From Paragordius varius (Eukaryota; Animalia; Nematomorpha): 64,000 bases of DNA. Below are positions 40,677 to 57,212 of this stretch, piece after piece. The stretch lies in the NCBI GenBank assembly GCA_964247055.1, contig OZ176052.1, forward strand, positions 9,300,001 to 9,364,000, given 5' to 3'. Position numbers and translations under genes: made by a program. The notes under the pieces are model-generated. The model was given only the letters and a program-made list of their open reading frames with translations. It was not told the DNA's origin and did no database searches. Position 1 is the stretch's first letter; each line of letters starts with the position of its first letter.

Positions 40677-42390
40677 TTAAACGTTATAACGAAAACGAGT
40701 TTCGAAACCACAAAGGTTCGAAATCGTCAATATCTTTATCCGATTCCATTTTAAGTTTAAGTAACTTTGGGATTGTTTAATATAATGAATAAAATAAATG
40801 GAAAAATATACTGTATAAAATACCAATTTGGATATGTCATCTGATTTTTGGGGAATCCGAACCACCAAAAAAACATTGAGATAATGGGATCCCCTACCAA
40901 TTTTTTGAATGTCATTTTCCACTTCTAAGGCCTATACTACCATAATATCATAATTTTTGTAATTTTAAGTAAAATATATAAATTGTATAATATTGTGTTT
41001 TACCTCCCAACAACAGGTAACCCAAGTTTCGCATGTCGGCCAATCATTGTAAAATCCCAGCATGTAATAAAGAATCTGTAAACCAGCTTCTCTAATCTAC
41101 AATTTAAAAACAAGCGCTTACTGGCACACTGATCTTCAGTTTTTGACCTAAAATGCATTAATTATGGGCATGAAAGATATGTACTAATACACTGGAATAT
41201 TAATATTAAAATGGATTATAAAACTCTAAAATTATTTAATTTTTATTTTTTCGCTATTTATATTTTTTATCAATATCGTATTTAATTGCGTAAGAAGTCC
41301 CGATACTTTTAATATAATAACTAAAAATAAATAACACACATCCTTATTATTAAGAATGACCTTGACCTTAATTAATATATTTAGTGTGGTGACAGTTACC
41401 CTCACGCCAAAGTTTACAATTCATTTTTATGAAATGTCTTAACCATGAAATATATATATAAATATACAGTTTTTATCAAAAATTTATTTTTTTCGTTAAA
41501 TGGGTATAAATATTTGGTAAAGAATGGCAAAAACAAGAGCTCTATGGTAATTCTTATACTTTTTTGATGACTATGATATTGTTAATACCATACCATAGAG
41601 CTCTTGTTTTTTCCATTCTTTTTATACCCATTTAACGAAAAAAAATAAATTTTTGATAAAATATAGGATACGTGACTCTATGTATATACTAACATGGCAA
41701 TCCCCAGGAATCTGAAAAGAGGGTTGTTTTATTGCTTGTTCTGACAACTAATAATTGTTCATCGCATGTATACAACATAACGCTTAAAACAACTTCTATT
41801 CCCCATCGACACGTATACTGTTTAATAGAGTCTTTTAATCGGTTTATTAAGCAAGGATACTCTTGATGCTATAATTTAAGCTTCATATTACTTTTAGGAT
41901 GCAAAACCTATTGGGCACTTTGCTATCAGGATCTTCTGGAAATAAAATAAGGCGATGTTCCTCTAATCTAAGTTTGATTTCGGTTTCATGTTTTTGTTCA
42001 AAATAATCAAGAATGCACTAAATTATTAAAAATTGAATTTACCTATAAATATTCATCACTAAATATCATACATTACTTTTTAGTTTAAAACAGTTTAATA
42101 AATATTTAAGACCACATTAATAAAATTTGCCCATTTTGAGTTAACAATTATTGTGAAAAATGCGTTACTCCTATGCTTAATTAAATTTTGTACAATATAA
42201 TATGTTGCGGTACCTCAATAAATTTAGCCGGTCGTATTTTTCTTCTCCAAGATGCTTGTAAATAAACAATGACAAAATCCACGTAAAAATCCGGACACCA
42301 TAAATTTATTTGATCAGCTTTTGTAGCATTATTGGCTGAATCTTTATTATATGTATAATCTTCATCCTCATATTGATTGTCTTTATTCAT
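40677..42390 (-). CDS. NUDT17-like Nudix-fold protein with a degenerate Nudix box, ~261 aa (3' end tentative)
   Basis: Exons 42390-42214, 42017-41892, 41868-41694, 41147-41122, 41096-41004, 40924-40824, 40764-40677, phase-compatible, with 23- and 25-nt introns. IKLRLEEHRLIL, RWGIEVVLSVMLYTCDEQLLVVR, WGLPCQKLKISVPIREAGLQILYYMLGF and WVTCCWE align in register with recalled NUDT17 ([70 protein letters not shown]). Confidence 0.7.
41466..41665. repeat. Long near-perfect hairpin (collapsed MITE) in an intron of the NUDT17-like gene
   Basis: About 75-bp arms (ttttatcaaaaatttattttttcgttaaatgggtataaa..aagaatgg..aaaacaagagctctatggta and its reverse complement at ~41591-41661) around a ~40-nt loop. 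Confidence 0.85.
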
Positions 42391-43183
42391 TTTTTGTTCA
42401 ATATTTAAAATAAAATATAACAATCAGATTTATTTTGCAAATTAAAATTATGTAATTTTTTTATAATTTGCAGGGGGTTGGACCTGGAACAATCCTTATT
42501 TTTGAGTATTTTTTTTATTGGTTATTCCACATATCTTTAAAATGGTTTGGGTTCTAAAGATTCTAAAAAAATTGGTGGTATTTTTTGGAACAATAAATGA
42601 TTTCGGTTTTTATTGACTGATAACCTAATTTTTTATAAATAATAGAAAAAAACTTAAGAAAACATATTTATCGAAAAAAATTGGGTCATAATTTAAAAAA
42701 TTAAACTTTTTCATATAACCAATTTTCTTAATTAAGGAATTATATCTGCTGCTTTATATTAAATTTAATTTTATCATCATGTTTTTATATAAGTAGTTCA
42801 GCTACCTTCCTCTTATTTTATTTGCCTATTATCGTTTTCATTTAGCAGGTTGGTGTTTAAGTGTGTTCTATAGAGTGCGTATTTTGTCCATCTTTCTTTT
42901 TAGTCTTTTGCTGTTAATCTTTTTTGTCTCTAACTTTGATGTTTGGGCATTTATAAACAATCTTTTTCTGTATGAAAACCTGTTCCAATTACTTTTTTTG
43001 ATCCTTTTATAATGCATTATTCAGTACAAAAGATTTACCGGCTCTGCCTTTTCAGCTGGTAGAGCTGACTTTAAGTATACCCTCCTGTTTCCCAAACTAG
43101 TATGGGCAACTTTGTCCTTTGAATATATTTCCCTAGCTTGACGTGGAAACCTATTGCTAACCTCGATTTATTTCTCCATAAAG

Positions 43184-43260
43184 CAGGGGTCTCCAATACG
43201 GTGCTCCACCACATTCTGAGTGCCCGCGTAAAATTTTTAAAAAATAGCGATTAAAATTTT
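43184..43260 (+). mobile_element. hAT-Charlie-like MITE left end
   Basis: Begins CAGGGGTCTCCAA, the same terminus as 59402. Right end not found. Confidence 0.45.
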
Positions 43261-43595
43261 AATTTTGCAAAATATACTTTTTACGAAATCTTGGTGACTA
43301 TAAATGCTAAAAACATCATAATTGCCGTTAAAAAATATTTTTTATCTTTTGCTTCAATTCCTAAATAGTAAATGTTTAATTTGGATTATATAAGTACTAT
43401 CGGTTTTTTATGTTTATATTTTTTACATGAGTCCCGTTGGATATTTCGAGCTGAAAATGCGGCTGTCAAATTATTTGTGGCATCTATTTTAAAGTGTCTG
43501 TTGTTTTTAATGTATAATTATTTGGGGTTATATTTGGTTTTAGTAATCAGATGCTGACTGATTATCCGAAATAATTTTCATAGTTTAGCGTTAAA

Positions 43596-43772
43596 TACAG
43601 TTAATCATTGCTTATTTTACACTATAGTAGGGCAATCGCAACACGGTAGTGTATGGTAAAAACAAGAAAATGTCGAATAAATTATTATTTCCTTTCTTTT
43701 CTCCCATACACTCCTGTGTTGCAAACTGCCCTACTATATAATGAAATAAGCAACCATTAAAATGCATGCTCT
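43596..43772. mobile_element. Second, more diverged copy of the ~180-bp TA-type MITE
   Basis: Collinear with 10212-10387 (cactatagt.gggcaat..caacac..tagtgt..gg, cctttctttt..ccatacact..tgttgcaaa.tgcc, agcaaccattaaaatgcat). Confidence 0.75.
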
Positions 43773-44347
43773 AATTTATTTTTCCACTTGAGATATATAT
43801 CTTTATTGCCTCATTAATTATTCCTATAGCTCCGGCCCCCTTCTATTTGTATTACCTTAATTTTTTCTACCTTACTACCCTGGTTTTCTCCTATTATAAT
43901 TATACATTTTTTGATAATCTATAAAAATATTTGGACTTGATTACAAAAAAGCCCCAGTTTTGCATGGATTGTAAACCACCAGGAGGGTGTTTTTTCGAAA
44001 GTATGTCAAATAAAAAGGTTCGCTTACAATCTTTGGCTAATGATTTTTAAATTATAGTTTAATTTCGCAAATCTGTTTTAGTATTTTTCGATATAAAAAA
44101 CAATATTAAATGTTATACAATTTTAAAACCTATTTGTTTCGGTTGTAAAACAGTCAAATGCTCGATATAGTATATTATTTCCATTTATTCCATTCAAAAA
44201 ATGTACAAGACTCACACGTCAGTGTATATAAAAAAATAAATTTGTTTGTTTTGCATCCTCTGTTTTATTAGGTGTTATTTAACGAAAAAAAGAAGATGAT
44301 TAAAAATTATATATATAATATAAAAAGATATTGGAAGATGTTAATCA

Positions 44348-47074
44348 TTATTTGTCATTATTGTCCATTCCTTTTTTGCCTTTAATGTTTGCAATTGAAT
44401 TGCCATCATTATTATTATTATTGGAGGAGGAGGGGAGTGTAGTTGATGATGACGTTTCATTAGTTTTTGTATCCAAATACTTTGTTACACAAGTTGAAAC
44501 AACAGTGCTCTTAGAAGCGGCATTATTTCCAGAACTTAATGTTAAAGTGTTTGATTTTGTGGTTGCAGAATTCATAAATGTCCCAGATTGATGAGCAAGA
44601 ACCGAAGAAGATTGTGTAATGTTTAAGGAGGTGGCAGTTGAAAACAAATTATTACTACCATTAATATTATTGTTGTTGTTTAGTGTACAAGTGGTTGAAT
44701 TAGCCAGTGAGTTTTGAGAGGGCATAGTAGCAGGTGCGGAATTTACAGAGTTATAAGGAGCCCCTAACCCATATAAATGGCCCGAATACTTTAAATCATC
44801 TATACTGTCTTCGAAATACATCTAGAAATGAAAGAGTAAATTATTGTTTTACGTTATACCATTTACAGTTCAAATTCACCCTAAAAATAAATTATTTATC
44901 TTTATGACAGTTTATTATTTTTTCAGTATTATTTTAATTTAAAACAAAATTTTAATTTTTTAAAAATATAAGTAATTTTTAATCTTAAACAACATATATT
45001 AATTTTAAGGGTTTGAATTGTTCACGAGTGAATTTGTAAATGGTATAATAAATTGATTGATTTGATATCTTGATAAGGGGTTAATTAAAAACTTTATACA
45101 TTATACAATCCTTTAAAAATATTTTTTTCAGTAAAATATTAGTAATTACTTCTCGCATTTTAAAAAATGCGGCTCCAGTCAATAAACTATCACTTCCTGC
45201 TGTGTGTTGTGGGCCGATGCGTTCCAACTATTATACATATTTATAAATTTAAATTTATCAGAAGGAATTATTAAGAGTCATAGTTTATTTAATATTGAAC
45301 GAATTTGTCAAATTTCCTATTAATCTAGCAGCTTATTATTTCATTCAAAACGCTTCACATTACCTATATAAAATGCCAAATGTTAAATATTTTAATGATT
45401 CAAATATAAAAAGTTCGGGCGTATACTATTAAAATTGCATATAAGGTATAAACTCGTAGATATGAACTTATATTATTTGTGAAACAAAATAAATTATACA
45501 CCTAAAACTCAGAATTAACCATATACTGAAAAACATAAATACATATAATTGATCAAAAACTCAAAATTACATCTAATTGATCAGCAATTTCCTGTAGTCC
45601 CCCCTTTAAACTTCGACAACTTTTCATGAGGTATTTGATATCATACACGCAAGGAAAAAAGGTCTGTACCAGATCGAAAAAATCACTCTCATCGGCAGGT
45701 AATGGAGACACGGTCAAAAGTTTTAACAGATATCCAAAATCGTATCCACTAATCATATAAAATTGAGGATATTTAAAAAATCGTAATATTTTAGCTAATA
45801 TGGGTGTAGTGATAAAATAATATAATGTTTCTTGGAATTACGTTAAAATTACCATAATAATTGGAATATAAATTTAGCGATTACCATTTTATTTGTTTTA
45901 TTTTACATTCGATTTAAAATACTAGCAATCAAAAATTCTGATTTTAAATAAATTTAATTATTGCAGAATTACATAATTCCAATAAATTGTGTTTGTTGGA
46001 GTAGATTAGGTTTTGTTAACTAGTTAACAGTCAAATTTTTACATTTTATATAGAAAAAGACGATAAATATTTAGCAAATTAAATGCGGAATTTTAAACTT
46101 TAATTATTAATATTTCGAAAATTATAAGGCATAAAATTAGATCATCATAACTTAAAATTGTGTGAAAGTAAGACAGACCTGTGGAATGATAGCCACTTAA
46201 TATTGTTCATTAAAACAGTCCCAGACATCATAAGTAATTGAGCAAATTCATCAGGATCTATGCCATCCTCTTCGTGTTTTTGAAACTGTAAACCAGCCTT
46301 TTGTAGCAAGTCAATACTATCTTGTGCATACATATCGTTTCTTTACACAAATAATTTAATAAATGCATTAAACTAGGAAACAACAAATTGTTTTTTTGAA
46401 AAATTAATGAAAATGGGATGATATCTAAATCAAGAGAGAATTAAAATATGGTGGCCATAAAGGGAATGCGAAGGGTAAACATGTAATTAACTTAATTAAT
46501 TTAGAAATAATTCAATAAAATTTTATACTTTAAACTAAATTTGAAATTAAATTGCCATGTCAAAAATCCTGGTGGCGTTTTCCCATTATCATCCATAAAA
46601 GTGAAACCAATTTGAATAATTTTAAGCAAATCAACATTGCATCTCAACAACTGATATTGATAATCGGATACACTCTTGAAATTGCCGATTGGTCGAGCCA
46701 CAACACCAGGAAATTCGGTATCCTAATCAAAACAATTACAGGAAAACATAAATCTGATTTGTTTAATGAAATTTAAGAAAAAAAGTAATTATATAATATA
46801 AAATTACCATAGCTATGTAATGATATTTTTTACAAATCCTACGAATAATCCGGAATTCATCTTCCAAATTATGGGCCCAAACATCTCTAATATGTTGTTC
46901 GGTAAAAGGCAATACTAATGGAATGAGGTTGGAAACAGCAATAGGGGGCATATAACTCGTCCCATTTAATTGTTGATTTCGATTGTAAAGATTATGGTTT
47001 GCGGTATTGTTATTATTTTGAGAGGGAAGTAATGATTGCAATTCTTGCAACATAAAATTTTCGGATGACAGCAT
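44348..47074 (-). CDS. CNOT7: CCR4-NOT deadenylase subunit CAF1/POP2 (CNOT7/8 family), 6 exons, ~450 aa
   Basis: Exons 47074-46808, 46722-46529, 46340-46179, 45748-45571, 45227-45150, 44821-44348 (1353 nt). DEDD motifs [36 protein letters not shown]. Single CNOT7/CNOT8 ortholog; the symbol is by convention. Confidence 0.95.
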
Positions 47075-51156
<4,082 letters not shown>

Positions 51157-51469
51157 AACAATTTTCTTGGATACATCTCATTTTTTATTTATTAGTTCTA
51201 TCGTATCGTATATATGCATGATAAAAAACAAAAAAGCTTCCTGTATATATGTGTATATGATATAATTTATATTATTATACAAAATTACAACTTTGAATTC
51301 ATATTATAAATAAATAATCTTTTTTACATTTAAATCACGTTTTTCCGACCAATTATACGGGTGTCATAAAATCTTTTGGACATATCATTAACTTGAGCAA
51401 AAAACCTAACATAACAAATATTTTGAGGTTTTATCCGTATAAAATACTGAGATTTCATTCATTCTTAAT

Positions 51470-54400
51470 CTAATTTTCTTGAACCAATTTTTCGCCCATT
51501 TCAATGATAAAACTATTTTTTGGATCGGAGTTAAGACGACTAGATGATGATTCTTTGGTAAAGGTCGTGTATTGATATTTATTTCCATCGATAAAACCAT
51601 TGATTTGGTTATTGGGAGATGAATTATTATTATTATTATAGTGATTGGTAAACGATTTTACGATAGGATAAGTTATGGCAGTTTGTTGTGATGCAGCATT
51701 ACAACAGGACTTTTCATATTCTGATAGCGTAGGATACAGTATACCATTACCGACAACCGGTTCAGACTTGTTGGTGGGTAGGGGCCATGTCCACATATTT
51801 TTACCAAATACCTGACGAAAATTACGGCAAAATGTCTTGAGATTAAATGCATCTTTCATGGAGACAGCAATCATTTCTGCGGGTTCTTGCGTACGTATGC
51901 CGGCTCGGTATTCTTGTATCTGTTGTTCATACATACAATTCCTAGCGTAAAAAAGTGGTACCCGGAAAGATTCTAAGGTTGTCCTATTTTTCCCAACCAA
52001 GTAACAATGATAAATTAGTAATGCCGCTAAACTAATCCCAAACATGAGTGCCACGAAAAATAGGAAAAGTACATTGAATCTGGGTGTAAATACAGCCCGT
52101 AAAACGGAATCAGGCATCATCGAATCACCCATGGTTGAATATTGGCTGGAAGATGCAGGATTGTTAAAATCGTCTGGAGCGACAGGATTATGTTCATTAA
52201 TTTCCACCGCGTCTAAAACAGCAGACGACGATAATTGAGCTGATGATGGTGGAGGAGCCGTTGTACTTGACCAAAATGACAGGAAATAGGGGAGGGTTGT
52301 GGCTATAAAAAGTTGCAAAAATATAAGTATATACCATTTTAATAAAACATTTTTTCCAATCACTTGGATTTTTACTTATATACTGTCATTTAGATACTTG
52401 TTTGGCAAATCAATCGATTAAAATTCATTTAGTTATTGAAGATGTTAAACTTGAAGTTCAAAATATCAATTATATTTTTTGCATAGATATTTATGAGTAC
52501 TAATATATTAAACAAAAAAACGCCAACAATTATTTTTCACCATCTAAACCTTAATATTCGATTATATTATTTCTCAAAGAAAATTACGGCCCATATAAAT
52601 ATTTTATAATTAGTTTAAGATGTATTTGTTAATATACCCAAAGGTTATAAGATTCTTCAATAACAAATTCTTTATTGGATATTGTTTACGCTGAAGTGTG
52701 ATTGTATTATTTATATTGCAATTATAATTCAGATAAAATTATATAAATTTATTGTGAATTTTCGATTACTACTAGTAATCTTTGTCAAACGTAAAAAAAT
52801 ATAATTAAGATATAAACTAAAATTTAAAGTATGATACCTTAGATTCGGTTGCCCTTCAAAACTTATATAAAACATTTTTCTCATAAAATGTAAAATATCA
52901 TGTATTATATTTTCCATTCTCAACTTTTTGAGAATCCGACTCAAAATTCTGGGCTCTTAAAACTATTTGATGAACATTAAGTGTGATATAATATCTACTG
53001 TAATGAAGGCTCGGACAAATATATAAAAATCAATAATCATCGGCAACTAAACTTAACATCATATAATTTTTATTTTTTCAAAGTTCTACTTAAATTCATG
53101 TATAAAAAACCAACACCCTAATGGTAGTTATTTATTTCAATTTCAAGTTTTAAACAGCAAATTGAAAATTATTACATTTAAATCAATATATGGAAAGTTC
53201 AATTAATTTAAAAAAATAATAATTAGTAAATCATAAAATTTATTATCTCGACATTTTTTATTCAGTTTTAGGATGATTAAAAAGTATGAGAAATAAATAT
53301 CGATTTAACACTTCGATTCAAATTGGGGTATCTAAATACCCCAGACAATATTTAAATTAAATTTTTTTAAAAACTACTAAAAGAAACGGTCCAAATTTAA
53401 ATTTATGCTTTTATCCTAATAAAAATTATATAAATAAGCCGAAATATCTAAATAAAATTTGGTTTTGAAAAAAAAGTTTCATATCAAACTACTTGGAGGC
53501 CATTTTTATTTTACAACATTTTTGTAAAATATCGTGTTTATTTGATTTTAACACTTCGATTCAAATTGGGGTATCTAAATACCCCAGACTAAATTGAAAT
53601 TGAAATTTTTAAAAAACTACTGAAGGAAACGGTCCCAATTTAAATTTATGCTTCTATCCTAATAAATATTATTTAAATATGCTAAAATATCTTGATAAAA
53701 TTTTGTTTTGAAAAAAAAGTTCCATCTCAAACTACTTCGACGCCATTTTTATTTTGCAAAAATTTAGCAAAATATCGTCTTCATTTAATTTTAAGGGTAA
53801 AACCAAAGCTTATTTTTATATAAATTACATCTAACATTGATAGAAATAGAAAAAGCGGTTTATTTTGTATTATTTTTTAATTTTACAATTTGACACATGT
53901 CATGTTGACTAAATTTTTACCTTTCAGTTTTAGCTCAAAATAAGTAATATCAAGTATTTTTGAATAAATATTTTTATATATTTTGGTTTATTAATGTTAT
54001 ATAAGTGCAAAATTTTGCGATGGTTTCGATTGCTTCCATACTTTATAAAGTATTTGATTTTAAACAGGCCTGGGGTATTTAACTACCCCAATTTGAATCG
54101 AAGGACTAAAATGAATGTGTTGTATCCAAGTGTTAAAGCAAAAATAAAAGCTAATTTTTTATTTATATCACATCTAACATTGATAGAAACAGAAAAAGGG
54201 GTTTATTTTGCTTTATTTTTAAATTAAGCTTGTGCCCACATGTCATGTTGACTAAATTATTACCTTGAGGTTTTACCTAAAAATAAGTAACATCAAATTT
54301 TTTCGAATGAAATTTTTTATATATTTTGATTCATTAATGTTATAAAAGTGCAAATTTTTGCCATGGTTTCAATCCATTCCATATTTTTTGAATTTTTTAA

Positions 54401-55975
54401 TTTTAAACAGGCCTGGGGTATCCAACTACCCCAATTTAAATCGAAGGACTGAAATGGATGTGTTGTATCCAAGTATTAAACCATATAATATAAATTTAAA
54501 AAAACATGTATAATATACACTTTAATTTTTTTATCTTAGATTGTGCATTAATTATTCCAAAGGGAATTATATTGAGGAAATTATTAGAACTAATTGAAAA
54601 CAGCCATAAATATTGTCTTAATCAAAAAATAAAATGGTTACCACAATATCCTTAATTTAAAAATATTAATTCAAATATCAATCGTTCACTCTGTTTTATA
54701 ATAAGTATGAAATGCAAGCATAACCTTGATTAGCGCCAAGCTTAAACTAAATAAAAGTCATATACCCTGTGATACAACTAAAACAATGTCCAAAAAGCGC
54801 CCCGCCCGCGAAAAATTTGAATCCATAATTTGCAAAAATATGTTCATGAAATTTTGGTAAATTAGATATTTCTAAAACAAATTTTTGAAGTAAGTCAATT
54901 GGCAATGAACCACTAAAAATGTTAATTGTATTTTAATTTTTACAGTCTTGTGTTTGAAATCAAATAAAATATTTATTATTGCCCATATATAATTCGGTTG
55001 CGGCCTGCGAAGCCATTTGAGTTGGACACCCCTAATCTAAAATATAAACTGCTACGACGCGTCAAAAATTAAACTGCCGTTTTGAAACCGAAAAATTACA
55101 ATTTAATATGCTCCCGTAAACTAATAATTATTATTGATTTTTACTATATTACATAATATTGTCAAGGTAAAAAACGCATTGATATTAATAATTAAAAAAA
55201 TTTAAAGCAAAAAGTAGAATTAAATTTTTATAAAATTGGCATTTTCGCAATTTTCAATACTACCTCCAGCAAACAGGCACAAACAAAGCCCGTAGAAGAG
55301 GAATAAAATGAATTGTTTGTAATTCCCGTACTGGACACAATTATTGACCCAAGGGCAATGATGATCCATTTTCAAAATGCATTTTCCACAAGCGGCACAA
55401 TGATGGGATCGATCAGGTTTTATGAGCTTGCAAATATCACAAAATCTGGGGCCACCTTCAAGTGTGCACATTTTTAGGGGTTGAATTTGAGAATCGGTGT
55501 AGGTAAAATTTATTCTATTCGATATATCATGTAAAACATTAGCAATTTGATTTTCTGACGTTGATGACTCCAATTTTGAGACGTCATCGATTGTGGCAAA
55601 ATAAATGGGTGGTATATCAAAATTTTCATGAAACTTTTTACGGATTTTCCATTTACCATTAAAGGTTACCATTAAATAAGCCCATAACATGCTGATAAAC
55701 AGTCCGTGAAAAACAATTATATAGAGAATATATGTGTTATTACCAATTTTTGAGGGAATATAAAGAGAATTTGGATGTTTCGTTTTAAGTGTATAAAAAC
55801 AAAATTGGATAATATATGCGAAATAGGACCAAATTAATATCAATAAAACAAAAAATACTGGAAACCATCGAATAATTCTTATACAAATATTATTAAAAAA
55901 TAGGTCCGAACGCTTATGAGCCGGCTTAGATTGAACATAGGTGGGCCTCGCAGTGTTTATAGAAAAACAACCCAT
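51470..55975 (-). CDS. DHHC palmitoyltransferase, ZDHHC2/15/20 family, 2 exons, ~514 aa
   Basis: Exons 55975-55264 and 52302-51470 (phase 1, 1545 nt). [36 protein letters not shown], junction [16 protein letters not shown], TTxE motif NRTTLE, four hydrophobic segments. Confidence 0.92.
53309..54475 (+). mobile_element. piggyBac-like MITE (outer copy) split by a nested copy of the same family
   Basis: TTAA|CACTTCGATTCAAATTGGGGTA at 53309. The 5' part runs to ~53547, resumes at 54137 and ends ATCC-AAGTA|TTAA at 54475. Confidence 0.85.
53552..54132 (+). mobile_element. piggyBac-like MITE (inner copy), 581 bp, TTAA TSD
   Basis: TTAA at 53548-53551 and 54133-54136, ends CACTT / AAGTG, and a subterminal inverted repeat CTTCGATTCAAATTGGGGTA / TACCCCAATTTGAATCGAAG offset by 24 bp at the right end only. 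Confidence 0.9.
54795..55034. mobile_element. hAT-Charlie-like MITE remnant in the ZDHHC intron
   Basis: Right end gcggcctgcgaagccatttgagttggacacccct, similar to the ends of 59402-59612. Confidence 0.5.
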
Positions 55976-56145
55976 TTCTTAGTTAAATTGCATACATTCG
56001 TGTTTTGGAATGATTTTGTTAAATTTTAAAATAATTTCTTCCATGTTACAAATAAATAAAACAAAAAAATAAAATTTTTAATATGCGCTTTGCGTAATAT
56101 TTTTAAATAGGCAATTAATTAGTGTTAAATTACGATAGTCATAAT

Positions 56146-56660
56146 TGAGATTTTGATTTAAATTGGGGTATCTAGGAACACCAGACAATATTTAAGTTAG
56201 TAATTTTAAAAACTACTGAAAGAAACGGTTCCATATTTCATGTTCCATCCACACAAAAATTATCTTAATAAAATAAAATTTTTGATATACAGTTCCAATT
56301 CAAACTATTTAATGCTATTTTTATTTTACAACATTTTTGCGAAATATATCGTTTTCTTTTATCGGATGCAGAAAATAAATTTTTATTATAAATCAGATTT
56401 TTTAATAATATAAACAGAAGAAATAATTTATTTAGTTTTATTATATTTAGCTAACCTACATGTCATGTTGGCTAACTTTTGTTCATGTTTGTCCATAAAA
56501 TAAGTAATAGCAAGTTTTTTTGAGGGAAAAATTTTTTTTGTTAATACCTGAAAATTTTAATGGTTTTAAATTTTTTAAATAATTGAATTAAACAGACCTG
56601 GTTTTATTAACGATCCTAATTCAAAACGAAGGATTGAATTAAATGTGTTGCATCCACTAA
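56146..56660 (+). mobile_element. piggyBac-like MITE family, diverged copy
   Basis: aaattggggtatctagg..ccagacaatatttaa..actactgaaagaaacggttcc..acatgtcatgttg..aaacagacctgg..gaaggattgaa..tgtgttgcatcc, collinear with 53552-54132. Confidence 0.75.
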
Positions 56661-57212
56661 AATAAAAACATTAGCTATTTTGGACATGCATACTATACCT
56701 ATAAATTTTTTTTTATTTTTTTGTTTAATAATTATCAATTATAATTTGACTCATGAGACTTTCGTAAGTTTCGTCACTGACGGGCCTTTTTTTAATTTTT
56801 CCAAAAAGTGTTGCTATTAATTAAATTATACCCCTAAATTTATATTAATATTTTTAAATAAAAATTATAACAAATTATATTAAGGGACTGCCAATTAACA
56901 CTTCGTTACCTTTTCATTGTTTATAGAGGATTTGTAATTTTATATGAGAGCTTGTATATAGACTACTGTTTTAAAATTATTTTGGTTGAAATTTAATTAT
57001 CAAAAATATTTATCCTGTATTAGACAAAAAGTTAATATTTTTGAAGTTTTAACTTTTTAACTCCCAAATTGAGACAGTTAAAACTATTGAAACAAACAGC
57101 TGCTTTTGAAATTAAATTATTTGCTAATAAAATGTAACCTGAAAGCGCTCTAAGGTTAATTATTTATATTTACTATAATATACATTATTTTGGGAATTGT
57201 ATTAGCGATTAA

